Source: Nitrospirota bacterium (lineage in GTDB: Bacteria; Nitrospirota; UBA9217). Taken from it: a stretch of 64,000 nucleotides of DNA. Below the pieces are notes generated by a model. It was given only the letters and a program-made list of their open reading frames with translations. It had not been told where the DNA came from and searched no databases. The stretch is from assembly GCA_963790205.1 (NCBI GenBank), contig CAWBNQ010000003.1, positions 992,001-1,056,000 on the forward strand, written 5' to 3'. Shown here piece after piece: positions 30,290 through 40,189 of the stretch. The position numbers were made by a program, and so were the translations under genes. The number at the start of each line of letters is the position of its first letter. Within the stretch, counting starts at the first letter, position 1.

Positions 30290-30464
30290 GCTGCTAATCA
30301 TGGTACTGACGTAAGGGGTGAGGACAAGTATCCAGGAAGGGCGGGGCGGAAAAATAAAAACCCTGAATTTTGCCTTGTTTCCAGTTTCATATGCGGAATC
30401 AGAGGATGACGGCTTTATGATGATTCTGTCATTTTCGATTATTTTACCCTCCCGGATTTGTTTT

Positions 30465-30602
30465 ACATTACTGACCGTTTCGCCTGCATTCGCAGGACCC
30501 TGGAAGGGCCGGCGGGGAAGCGGCGGCTGGGGCATGGGGTCGCAGTATAACAGGATGTACAATCCCACACCGGTGGAGACCGTGGCGGGAACGGGAGGCT
30601 AG
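30465..30602 (+). pseudogene. Truncated copy of the 25740 gene
   Basis: 47-nt perfect match (30516-30562 = 25833-25879); early TAG at 30600-30602. Confidence 0.8.
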
Positions 30603-30671
30603 GAATGGCATCCAGCGTCAGCTCAGCTTAACGTGTTGTAATTCACAGCGCTAAAAAATCAGGGAGGCATT

Positions 30672-32117
30672 ATGATGAACGATAATTACGACGTCCTGGT
30701 TATTGGGGGTGGCCCGGGTGGGACGCCTGCCGCCATGCAGCTGGCTTCCAGAGGCAAGAAAGTGTTATTGGTCGAGAAGTCAGGCAAATTGGGCGGGGCT
30801 TGCCTGTTTGTTGGCTGTATTCCATCGAAGATCATCAAACATGCAGCAGATGAATATGATTCTACCAGTCGCGCTGCTTTCGGCAGACAAGCAGCTTCAG
30901 AAGACAGGAGCGTTGTCTGGAGGAACATTCGGGCGACCATGGACCGGATCTTGTCCTCAAGGTCGGACGCCGCCCTGCAGAGAGTCAAACGAATTCCCGG
31001 TTTGACGTTCGTTGCCGGGAGTGCGCGCTTTGCTTCAAACCGCCGGGTTGAAATTGAAGAAAGCGGCGGGAAGAAGAACTCCTGCACATTCGAACAGGCG
31101 ATCATTTCCACCGGTTCGGTGCCGTCAATTCCGCCGTTCGGGGGAAATGCCGCGCAGAAGGTACTCACCAGTGAAATGCTTTTCGAACGGGATGCCCTTC
31201 CCGAATCGCTGGTGATCATCGGCGGCGGTCCGATCGGTGTTGAGTTGGCGCAAATGCTGTCAAAATTAAACGTCAAATGCACCATTATCGAAATGCTGGA
31301 CACCATCCTGCACGGAATTGTCGAACCGGAGTTCGTGGATCGTCTCACGCAAAAGCTTTATGAGTCAAATATTGGTGTTTACGCTTCCTCAAAGGTGCGG
31401 GAAATAGAGCGGTCGGACAGGGATTTTTACACGTCTTTCACGGATGCACAGGGTGATAGAAAAACCATTCAATCCCAACAGGTAATGGTTGCAGCCGGTA
31501 GATTGCCCAACGTGGGAGATCTAAATCTGGAAGCGACCGGCATACAGTTTTCTCAAAGAGGCATTGCTGTAAATGAATATCTTGAAACGCACGTGAAAGG
31601 AATCTATGCTACGGGGGACGTTATCCCAGGTCCGAAATTTGCGCATACTGCCACCTACGAGGGTCATATCGCAGCCGCAAACATCCTGAAGGGCAATGTC
31701 CAAAAGGCGGATTTTTCAAAAAACTCCTGGGTCTTGTTTTCGGAACCTGAGGTGGCATCCGTCGGATATACACAAGCTGAAGCCATAAATCATGGACATG
31801 AAATCATTACGGGAAGCTATAACTACGAAATCGATGCCGCGGCTCAAATATCCGGGAATCCCTTCGGCGTGCTGAAATTTGTTGTGGATAAGAAAACCCG
31901 GCAGATTATCGGCGTTCATATCTTCACCCGGGGTGCCGCCTCGATTATCGGAGAAGCTGCTTTGATTGTATCCGGGAAATTAACCCTCCAGGATGTTGCC
32001 CAGGCCATCCATCCGCACCCCACGTTGACGGAAGCGTTTGGGATTTTAGCAATCAATATGCTTGCATCAATCGATGAGGCCTTAACCGGACCACGACCCG
32101 AAAGAGGATCGGGATGA
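30672..32117 (+). CDS. Dihydrolipoamide dehydrogenase-like pyridine nucleotide-disulfide oxidoreductase
   Basis: GGGPGG, GGACLFVGCIPSK, GGGPIGVE, IYATGD, HPHPTLTE. Confidence 0.9.
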   Translation: MMNDNYDVLVIGGGPGGTPAAMQLASRGKKVLLVEKSGKLGGACLFVGCIPSKIIKHAADEYDSTSRAAFGRQAASEDRSVVWRNIRATMDRILSSRSDAALQRVKRIPGLTFVAGSARFASNRRVEIEESGGKKNSCTFEQAIISTGSVPSIPPFGGNAAQKVLTSEMLFERDALPESLVIIGGGPIGVELAQMLSKLNVKCTIIEMLDTILHGIVEPEFVDRLTQKLYESNIGVYASSKVREIERSDRDFYTSFTDAQGDRKTIQSQQVMVAAGRLPNVGDLNLEATGIQFSQRGIAVNEYLETHVKGIYATGDVIPGPKFAHTATYEGHIAAANILKGNVQKADFSKNSWVLFSEPEVASVGYTQAEAINHGHEIITGSYNYEIDAAAQISGNPFGVLKFVVDKKTRQIIGVHIFTRGAASIIGEAALIVSGKLTLQDVAQAIHPHPTLTEAFGILAINMLASIDEALTGPRPERGSG

Positions 32118-32216
32118 TCATCCACGTAGCTTAATGATTTGATCGCGAGGTCCAAAAACTCCGGACAATTAAGGCAGCGCCCACGATGGTCCTGAGCCGG
32201 GGCGGGACTGCTCTTC

Positions 32217-32245
32217 TTGAAGCCCTCGGTTACATGCGGTATAAT
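32217..32245 (+). promoter_or_regulatory. Sigma70-like promoter
   Basis: TTGAAG-17 nt-TATAAT, 34 nt upstream of ATG 32280. Confidence 0.6.
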
Positions 32246-32279
32246 AGCTCCAGTCTCTTTGTTCAAGAAAGGTTTTCAC

Positions 32280-33140
32280 ATGGCGCCGTTTATTGCGTTG
32301 CTCTATTCGTTCCTCTTTGGACTGCTGCACGGGATACTGCCGGACGAGCACACATGGCCCATTACGTTCAGTTACGCTATCGCCGGCGCGAGCGGCAAGG
32401 AGGGAATGAAAGCGGGGCTGTATTTTTCCGCCGCCTTCACGCTCCAGCGTGCACTTATTTCAGAGCTCGCCTACCTGGCCCTGGCTCCCTTCCTGCTCAA
32501 CCCCGCCGTCAACGGCATTGTGTACCTTATCGTCGGCCTCGCCATGTCCGCTGCGGGCGCAATTGTCCTGCGCAAGAACCGATACGTCCACATCCACCTC
32601 TTCGGCCACTGTCACGGAGAGGCCTGTAAAATGGAACAAACGGACCAGATCTTTACGAAGCTGCATGAAGAGCCGTCCGCACGCGCGGCCACGCCCCCGG
32701 TACAATGGACCATCATCCACGGGTTTATTGCCGGGTTCGGTTTCGGCGGATTTTCGCTTTTTGTGAACACCGTTGCCGCCCCTGCAATGAAAAGCCCCTG
32801 GGCGGGGTTTCTCCCGGGGCTGGTTTTCGGACTGGGGACCATGATCATGCTCGTGATCGTCGGCGGCGTGTTCGGCGCCTCCTTGCGATGGATCCATGCG
32901 CTTACCGAAGAAGAAATAAAGCGGATCGGCTCACAGACCGGCGGGCGGACGCTGTTCTTCGGAGGAATACTGTTCGGAGCCGCAGGAGTTGTCGCCGTGA
33001 CGGGCCTGGCCCGCTATCTGCCGCTCGCCTCCGACTACGCGTTCATGGCGCTTTTCATGATCATGGTAGCAATCCCGGCCTTTGTGTATTCGTTAAAAGA
33101 AGTCCTGGCGGCACGGAAATTGTCGGCCCCCAAATCGTGA
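32280..33140 (+). CDS. His-containing membrane protein, possibly NiCoT/UreH/RcnA-like metal transporter
   Basis: GLLHGILPDEHTWP, HIHLFGHCHG loop, FGLGTM, multiple TM segments. Confidence 0.6.
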   Translation: MAPFIALLYSFLFGLLHGILPDEHTWPITFSYAIAGASGKEGMKAGLYFSAAFTLQRALISELAYLALAPFLLNPAVNGIVYLIVGLAMSAAGAIVLRKNRYVHIHLFGHCHGEACKMEQTDQIFTKLHEEPSARAATPPVQWTIIHGFIAGFGFGGFSLFVNTVAAPAMKSPWAGFLPGLVFGLGTMIMLVIVGGVFGASLRWIHALTEEEIKRIGSQTGGRTLFFGGILFGAAGVVAVTGLARYLPLASDYAFMALFMIMVAIPAFVYSLKEVLAARKLSAPKS

Positions 33141-33436
33141 GCATCGCCATGACTCATGAGCGGTCCTCCTTGAATGACGGGCGGCAATTTCCCCGGCGCT
33201 GAACCTGTTCGTTTCTCACGGACGCGGGATATACGTATTACAATTACAGGCAGTCCCGGTCATGAACCTCGCCTTTGGGTGTGAAGATGGAAAAAGCACG
33301 TTTCTGTTCGTTACGTCGGAGAACAAGCGGGACAGGCGATGCCATCTTTGGGGACCACGATGACGGGTGTTGTGTTTTACCCGTTAAAAAGTAGTTTTAA
33401 AAAGGGACGCGCTGTACCGTAAGCCAGAAGAACGAC

Positions 33437-33466
33437 TTGACAGTATTATGAACATATGCTAATAAT
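33437..33466 (+). promoter_or_regulatory. Promoter overlapped by a palindromic operator
   Basis: TTGACA 33437-33442, -10-like TAATAAT 33460-33466, imperfect palindrome ATTATGAACAT-ATGCTAATAAT 33445-33466. Confidence 0.65.
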
Positions 33467-33471
33467 GATGT

Positions 33472-33774
33472 ATGGGGAGACCCAAGAAGAGCAGATGCAT
33501 CAGATCAAGACCAAATGCGATTTATTTTAAGCCACGGGGCGTCCCCCTCGTGGAACTTGAAGAGGTATCCATCAGTCTCGATGAATTTGAGGCAATACGG
33601 CTTGCGGATTACGAGGGGTTGTATCACGAGGACTCCGCTGACAAAATGATGATTTCGCGGCCGACATTCGGCAGGATACTCAGTGAGGCGCGCAGGAAGG
33701 TCGCTGAGTGCCTGGTGAAAGGCAAGGCGCTTACGATCGAAGTTGATCAACAAAAAGAGGAGGAAAAACCATGA
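33472..33774 (+). CDS. DUF134 family putative DNA-binding protein
   Basis: MGRPKK.R, FKPRG, DEFEAIRLADYEGL, ISRPTF..IL..AR.KVA. Confidence 0.92.
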   Translation: MGRPKKSRCIRSRPNAIYFKPRGVPLVELEEVSISLDEFEAIRLADYEGLYHEDSADKMMISRPTFGRILSEARRKVAECLVKGKALTIEVDQQKEEEKP

Positions 33775-34151
33775 AAGTATGTTTCCCGGTGCATAAAGAT
33801 GAAGGGCTGGAAAGCTCAGTGTACAACCATTTCGGCTCGGCTCCCCTGTTTGTGGTTATTGATACTGATACGAACAATGTTGCAACCGTCAATAATCGGG
33901 ACCAGCACCACTCACATGGAGCATGCAACCCGATGAAGGCGCTTGATAATCAAAAAGTAGATGCGATTGTTGTTGGCGGCATAGGTGCGGGCGCGCTCAC
34001 CAGGCTGAACCAGATGGGGATCAGCGTGTACCGTTCGCAGGCGGCCACGATACGGGACAATATGGCGATGTTCTCGTCGCAGGCCCTCCCCGTGTTGACA
34101 CTCCAGGGTTGCTGCGGCGGCCACAGCAACGACGGGGGGTGCGCGCACTAG
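33771..34151 (+). CDS. NifB/NifX (Fe-Mo cofactor-binding fold) family protein
   Basis: HFGSAP.F, HSHGAC, GGIG.GA, Cys/His-rich tail. Confidence 0.88.
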   Translation: MKVCFPVHKDEGLESSVYNHFGSAPLFVVIDTDTNNVATVNNRDQHHSHGACNPMKALDNQKVDAIVVGGIGAGALTRLNQMGISVYRSQAATIRDNMAMFSSQALPVLTLQGCCGGHSNDGGCAH

Positions 34152-34189
34152 ATTTTCCGCACGTATGAAGCCGACAGGAGGATAAGACC

Positions 34190-34518
34190 ATGGAAATCAT
34201 GGGGCGGGCTCGCGGTTTTGCATCCTTTTTGGTGTGCTCAAGAATCAGCAGTCGGATCCGTTTTGCCGTTCCTGCAATTCCTTCGTCAATGCGCTCGCAG
34301 CGGCACGAGAAAACCTGGCTGCGTTCGAAGCCCGGCATGCCGAAGAAATAAAGAACCTTCCGGAAGAGCTCTCCCGTCTCTTTGCAGACGCAAAGAGCGG
34401 GATAACCGCCCTGAAACAGCCGGTAATCCCTGTGGGGCAGAAGGAAGCGGGAACCTGCAAGCTGCCCGAGGGTGCCTGTTTTACAAAGTCATCTCTCGCA
34501 ATTTCTCGGAAAGTTTAA
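34190..34518 (+). pseudogene. Cys-containing hypothetical protein with apparent frameshift in T5 run (34226-34230)
   Basis: AGGAGG RBS and ATG 34190 join the 34234-34518 frame (FCRSC...CKLPEGAC) if one T is added. Confidence 0.5.
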
Positions 34519-34590
34519 TGTTCGGTCATGCGCCGCAGAGACGCCCGGCTAGCCGGGGCTTCTATCGAGAAAGAGAGCAAACATTTATTC

Positions 34591-34902
34591 ATGAAAAAAG
34601 ATATATTGGAATTTCAAGCCGAGGTTTGTAAGACCTTTTCCAATTTTAAAAGGCTTGAGATACTCGACCTCCTTAAAGCAGGGGAACTGACTGCCAGCGA
34701 TATCACGAGAGAGCTCGGAGTCGCAAAAGCGAATACGTCTCAACATCTCGCGGTAATGCGCATGAGAGGTATTCTTAAAACAAGAAGAAAGGGTACGAAC
34801 GTGTACTACAGGATGGCCAATGAGAATCTCGCTCATGCCTGCAGTCTCATGCAGGATGCTCTTGCACAGATTACGGAGGACGCTCGGAAGCGGAAGGGCT
34901 AA
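34591..34902 (+). CDS. ArsR/SmtB family regulator
   Basis: AEVCKTFSN.KRLEIL, SQHLAVMR..GIL, G..VYY. Confidence 0.88.
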   Translation: MKKDILEFQAEVCKTFSNFKRLEILDLLKAGELTASDITRELGVAKANTSQHLAVMRMRGILKTRRKGTNVYYRMANENLAHACSLMQDALAQITEDARKRKG

Positions 34903-35002
34903 TCAAGACAGGGCCTGAAGCCGTTGAGCGGGATTTGTCGCAATAAATACGGTCACGCAGAATTTTGAGGCTGCTCTGAATGGACGTTGCAAGGGAGCCG
35001 CT

Positions 35003-36226
35003 GTGAAACGCGACGATGCCAAAAAGGGAAGTGTAATTTCTGTCGAAGGCAAAAAGTTAGCTGTCGGATCTACTGCGCTCAATGTATTTTTTGCCGCAAT
35101 AAAGTTTTCCCTGTATCTTATAACCGGCAGTTCCGCTCTTCTGGCGGAGACCGTGCATTCCCTTACCGATGTAATCGGGAGCCTCTTCGTCGTGGGAGGC
35201 TTATATCTTTCCGAAAAGAAATCAGAGCAGTTCCCCTGGGGACTCTATAAGGTTGAAAACGTTGTGGCGGTGCTTTTAGCCGGCATGATATTCCTTTCCG
35301 CCTATGAGATAGCGAAAGTGATCTACCAACCTTCTCCTCACGGGATGAGAAACCTTGACATTACTCTCATCATCCTTTTATTGATGGCATTTCCCATTAT
35401 CCTGTTTTCACGATACGAGGCAAAAAAAGCAAAGGCAATAAATTTTCCCTCACTCATGGCCGATGCCGCACACTGGAGGGCGGATATGGCCCCCCTTGCC
35501 GTCGTGGCGGCAGGCATAGCCGGTGCCCGGCTTTCCTATCCCGTCATGGACAGGATTTCCGCTTTTGTGATACTGCTCTTGGTGCTTAAAGCAAGCTATG
35601 GGATATTGAAAGACTCCCTGAAGAGCCTCCTGGATGCGTCAGTTGACAAGGCGACCCTGCTGAAGATAAAGGATGTCTTGTCGAGGTTCCCGCAGGTGAA
35701 AGAGACAGGTTCGTTACATGCGAGAAACTCGGGAAGGTTCATATTTGTCGACATGGTTTTGGGAATTGCTTCGAAAACGTTCAAGGACGCCCACGCAATC
35801 GCTGATGATATCGAAGCGGAAATAAAACGGCGGATCCCCTTCGTAGAAAACGTCATTATCCATTACAGGCCGGAGAAGAAGGATCATCAGAGATTTGCGG
35901 TACCCCTGGCTCAAAAAGGAGGAGAGATCTCAGAGCATTTCGGCAAGGCTCCTTTTATTGCATTGTGGGACAGAAGGGTGGACGGTATGACGTCGCCTCC
36001 GGAGATGCTGGAAAATCCTCATGTGAACCTCGAGAAGAGCAGGGGTATCAGGCTTGCGGAATTTCTCGTAACCATGAAAGTGGACGTCCTGTACACGAGA
36101 GAGACTTTCGAGGGCAAAGGCCCGGAATACGTTTTTACCGATGCCGGCGTTGAGGTGAGGAAAACCAACGTGAAAAATCTGGGAGAGCTTATGGAATCAA
36201 CGTCGTGCAGGCAGGCTACCGTATGA
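35003..36226 (+). CDS. CDF transporter (FieF-like) fused to a C-terminal NifB/NifX-like domain
   Basis: S.ALLAE..HS..D, FPWGLYKVE, ADA.HW..D, dimerisation domain, then FAVP...ISEHFGKAPF. Confidence 0.88.
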   Translation: MKRDDAKKGSVISVEGKKLAVGSTALNVFFAAIKFSLYLITGSSALLAETVHSLTDVIGSLFVVGGLYLSEKKSEQFPWGLYKVENVVAVLLAGMIFLSAYEIAKVIYQPSPHGMRNLDITLIILLLMAFPIILFSRYEAKKAKAINFPSLMADAAHWRADMAPLAVVAAGIAGARLSYPVMDRISAFVILLLVLKASYGILKDSLKSLLDASVDKATLLKIKDVLSRFPQVKETGSLHARNSGRFIFVDMVLGIASKTFKDAHAIADDIEAEIKRRIPFVENVIIHYRPEKKDHQRFAVPLAQKGGEISEHFGKAPFIALWDRRVDGMTSPPEMLENPHVNLEKSRGIRLAEFLVTMKVDVLYTRETFEGKGPEYVFTDAGVEVRKTNVKNLGELMESTSCRQATV

Positions 36227-36315
36227 CAAGAGGCGGTTTCTGTGTTTATGCCTAGGAGGTCATCCTTTTTCGTCTGCTATGAAGCAACAATTTTATTTTT
36301 CAAACTGTACCACTA

Positions 36316-37416
36316 ATACAAACGCACTAAGTAATGTTACAAAGTCGCCTGACTTTGTGCTTTGACCACGAGTCAAGCGTCCTTTGGACCGTTGCCCAGA
36401 TTGCGTCAAGGTTATCGAACCACCGGTTGGTAGTTGATTCATAGCGAATCTGGCGCCATATGCGTTCCTGCATATTCAAGGCAGGCTGATATGGTGGTAA
36501 GTACACAATCCGGAGTCGTTTATGCTTTCTGAGAAACTCCCGGATTGGGTCACCCCTATGCCAACGAGCTCGGTCAACATACAGCCAGATAGTGTAGCCA
36601 CGAAGCTGGCTATAAAGGTGCCGCAGCACTTTGAGAAAACCTTCTCGGTTGCCACGTTCCGTTTGGATGACGCCGGCACGAGCCAGAAGAGGAGCCACCC
36701 AGCCGGAAACATTCAAACGTTTCTGATGCTGGCTGGTTGTCGGCACTTTCAACCGTTTCCCGATGAGCGCCCAGCCGCGGCCAAGCCGAGGGTGCAGAGT
36801 AAAACCGCATTCGTCCTGAAAAACCACAGTTTCTTTAGGACCCAGCGTTTTGAGTTTTTTTTAGGCTCCTGGCAAACTTCTTCGCGTCTTCTGCCTTTGC
36901 CTGGAGATAAACGTGATTGGCTCGCTTTAACCGATACCCAAGTTGATGCATCCAGTATTGGGCCTGACGGACTTTCAGCTTTATCCCGAACTGGCGCTGT
37001 AAATGAGTTGCCAAAGTGGGGCCATCCCATCGAATACGATTTAAGCCGAACTTCTGGGGCGATTCCTCCAGTTGAAGCTCTAGCTGAGCTACGATCTTAG
37101 GAGTCATCCGAACTGGACGGCCTGACTGCTTTTTCGGGACAAGGGCTTCTACTCCGTCCTTGTTTACCGCCCGCGTCCAGCGGTTTACGTTCATCCGGGT
37201 CTGGCCTAGGACTTCTGAGATCCACCCCGGTCGTTGACCCTCCATTACCAAGAGGAGGGTAGCTATCTTTATGCCGATCCAAGCTCCTGGCACCTTCTCT
37301 GCGAGGGCCAGCAATTGCTCTTTGGACACCTTTATTGGGCTTGCAGGGGATGTTTTCATGCCCCCAGAATAACATAAAGTATGGTTAAAGTGTAACAATA
37401 TTTACTGCGTTTGTAT
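36316..37416 (-). mobile_element. IS630 family insertion sequence (~1.1 kb)
   Basis: Terminal IRs ATACAAACGCACTAAGTAATGTTACA / ATACAAACGCAGTAAATATTGTTACA (3 mismatches); TA duplicated at 36314-36315 and 37417-37418; reconstructed empty site ACTAGT. Confidence 0.92.
36327..37359 (-). CDS. IS630 transposase split in two frames at an A8 run
   Basis: HTH ORF 37359-36835; DDE ORF (FQDE, VDRARWH, LPPYQPALNMQE) ending 36327; A8 at 36855-36862. Confidence 0.9.
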
Positions 37417-37545
37417 TAGTAGAATGGGAAGTGAAGGTGCCATTCGTTCATGATTTTCTCCGTGACCTCTGCTTGTGCCCGCGCTTTCGCAAGAGCAGGG
37501 TATGAACTCTGTGACTGAAAATCTTTTTCTGAAGGAGGTACATTC

Positions 37546-37986
37546 ATGAAAATATCCGAAGTCATGACAAAGCAGGTCCATACCATCGGGCCCGACCAAA
37601 CCTTGAAGGAGTGCGCCGAGATCCTCAAAAAACGTCACGTGAACGGCCTCGTGGTAATGAATGACGGGAAGGTTGCGGGCGTCATCACCAAAGCGGACGT
37701 CTTCAAGGCCATACTTCCGGGCTATTCAGACATCATAGAAGACGAGAACAACATTGCGAGCTTCGAATATATCGAAGAGCGCGCTCATAAGCTGTATGAC
37801 AAGAAGGTGCAGGATCTCATGGGCACGCCGCCAATCACCATAGAGAACGACACGCCGGTTGTGAAAGCAGGCTCGCTCATGATCCTCAGGAAGGTAAAAC
37901 AGCTCCCCGTCGTTGACAACGGCAGGCTGTCGGGCATTGTCACCCTTACGGATATTATTAACTACATTACGGAGAAGGTCGCGTAG
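37546..37986 (+). CDS. CBS domain pair protein
   Basis: VMTK.V.TI, GVITKAD, LPVVD.G.L.GIVT..D. Confidence 0.92.
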   Translation: MKISEVMTKQVHTIGPDQTLKECAEILKKRHVNGLVVMNDGKVAGVITKADVFKAILPGYSDIIEDENNIASFEYIEERAHKLYDKKVQDLMGTPPITIENDTPVVKAGSLMILRKVKQLPVVDNGRLSGIVTLTDIINYITEKVA

Positions 37987-38033
37987 ATGAGAGAGATAAA
38001 ACCGGACTGCTTTCCGGAGCGCGGAGTAATGCA

Positions 38034-38929
38034 ATGCTCGCTCAGTTGCTCGAAAAATTCAATTCCGAACAGTTTGACTTACTGGCTGTAAATCTTCAAC
38101 GAATATTGTACAGCCACTTTAGAAGAATCGGCCAGTTTCACAAGGCGCTCATAACGCGGTCTTTCTCTCAAGATTATGAGGAAGATGATACCCATCGGAC
38201 CTGCACGTTCGGACAGTGGTATTATTCCCAGGCGGCTCCGGAGATAGAAGAGAATAAAGAGTTTATCGAGCTTGGGAAGATTCACGAGGATTTGCACGCT
38301 GCCATGAGGGATTTGTTGAGAAAAGCCCGGAATGACGCCCCGCTCACTTCCGATGATTACGAGCGTTTCCTGAAAACGTACAATTTTTTTACGGACAAAC
38401 TTGCAGAGCTCATTACGGAGATAAACTTTGCTCAATATCAATTCGATCCCCTTACAAAGCTCCTGAACAGGCGGGCCTTTAAAATATTGGAGTACGAACT
38501 CAGCCTGTTGCAAAGAAATAAACGGCGCTGACCGTTGCAATGGCGGATATTGATCGTTTTAAGAACGTCAACGATGCCCATGGCCACGCCGAGGGCGACG
38601 CTGTTCTGGAAGGCTTGGCGGACTTGTTTCTCAAACAACTGAGAGGGTACGTTACGTTGTGCAGGTTCGGAGGCGAGGAGCTTATTTTCTGTCTCCCAAA
38701 TACCGCGCTTTCGTCTGCGAAAAAAATCTTGGAGCGATTACGGAAAAAAGTCGAGCAAACGGGAATAACGTTGGCCGATGGAAAGGTAATCCATGTGACG
38801 ATTTCGATCGGCATGGCCGAATTAAAGGCGAAAGGCACAATTGACGGAATACTCCGCCGTGTTGACAGTGCTCTTTATAAGGCGAAAGAATCCGGACGAA
38901 ACCGCGTAGATGCAGCGGCGCTTCCCTGA
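38034..38929 (+). pseudogene. CZB-GGDEF diguanylate cyclase (DgcZ-like), frameshifted near 38521
   Basis: HRTCTFGQWYY and H..LH (CZB), DPLT.L.NRR; in the next frame DIDRFKNVND.HGH..GD, RFGGEEL, ALY.AK..GRNR. Confidence 0.85.
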
Positions 38930-39114
38930 AAGCAAGCTCGAAAGATGCCTATGACCATTTTGGTCCGGGACGGACGCGGCAGGACAGGACTTTTCGGAAG
39001 GAGAGCGAAACGTTATCTTTGAACATAGGCAATGGTGGCTTATGCATTGCGATGATATTTTCGGATGAAAATTAAAGTGACCTGAATGAAATATTCTGAA
39101 TAGACGACTCAAAA

Positions 39115-39324
39115 ATGAGACCAGCAATTGTATATAAGCCCATAGGCGCTATTCACTCGCCATTCAAAGAACCCCGCGATACTCCAATACAGTCGGCCTG
39201 TGCCGGGGACATTGAGGGAACTATGAAAATATTCCCAGAGTATCGTGAAGGACTCGCCGACCTGGAAGGATTTTCGAATATTTTTTTGATATATCATTTC
39301 CACGTATCAAACTGGGGCAAGTGA
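39115..39324 (+). pseudogene. N-terminal fragment of a TrmO/TsaA-like gene
   Basis: PIG.IHSPF, P.Q, EY.EGL.DLEGFS.I.LIYHFH then stop; lacks the RPNPIG and DIKP half. Confidence 0.75.
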
Positions 39325-39343
39325 TGACGGCAGATTTTATCGC

Positions 39344-39997
39344 ATGAATAATATTTTTGATATGTTAACAGACAAATACGATGCCTGGTATGACTCAGAG
39401 GAGGGGCGCCCCCTCTTTGAGAGCGAGTTGAAATGCCTGAAACCATTGGTCGAAGATTCTCCTGAACCCATCCTTGAGATCGGCGTCGGAACAGGGAGAT
39501 TCGCCATGCACTTTCCCGGCGTAACGGGAATCGACCCATCCCTGAATGCGCTCAGGATGGCGGAAACAAGAGGGGTGAAAACCGTACATGGTTATGGAGA
39601 GAATCTTCCGCTCGGGGATGAAACCTTCGGCTGCATTCTTCTCATCGTGACACTGTGCTTTGTCGAAAACCCCCTCGATGTATTACGAGAGGCGAAAAGG
39701 GTCGTGAGAAAGGATGGACGCATCATTCTAGGATTTGTCCCCAAGGACTCCCCGTGGGGCGCCTTCTATGAGGAAAAGAAAAGGGCCGGCCATCCCTTTT
39801 ACAGGAACGCCAGATTCTTTGTTCTGAAGGACATGGAAAATATGCTGCAAGCGGCAGGGCTGAAAATATCGAGGATCAGGAGCACCTTGCTGCAGAAGCC
39901 CGGCGGTATCCGCAGGATTGAAGAGCCTGTGGAGGGCAATGTGAGCGGGGCAGGATTTCTCTGTATAGAAGTGAAAAAAGATAACGGCCGATTGTAA
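39344..39997 (+). CDS. Class I SAM-dependent methyltransferase
   Basis: YDAWY, LEIGVGTGRF, GIDPS, GE.LP, TLCFV. Confidence 0.9.
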   Translation: MNNIFDMLTDKYDAWYDSEEGRPLFESELKCLKPLVEDSPEPILEIGVGTGRFAMHFPGVTGIDPSLNALRMAETRGVKTVHGYGENLPLGDETFGCILLIVTLCFVENPLDVLREAKRVVRKDGRIILGFVPKDSPWGAFYEEKKRAGHPFYRNARFFVLKDMENMLQAAGLKISRIRSTLLQKPGGIRRIEEPVEGNVSGAGFLCIEVKKDNGRL

Positions 39998-40189
39998 GCA
40001 GTGAACTCAGGAATGAAAAGCTTGCCGCGCTCAAGCAAGGCCAGCCGATCTCGGACAAAGGCGTGAGCGCTCTCGCGCGGTTCAAGGAGAAAAGCGCCGG
40101 AACACGTCCTGTCCGTCGCTGAAGTCGAGGCCGGAAAAACGGAATTGAAAGCCTTGGATGAGATGATTGAATCGGATAAACAATACGGC

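Noticed and set aside
30672..32117. Mercuric reductase MerA
   Set aside because: No N-terminal HMA domain, no C-terminal CC pair, no mer genes; has the HPTxxE motif of Lpd-like enzymes
33771..36226. Nitrogen fixation genes
   Set aside because: Only NifB/NifX-fold domains, which are widespread outside diazotrophs; no nifHDK or nifEN
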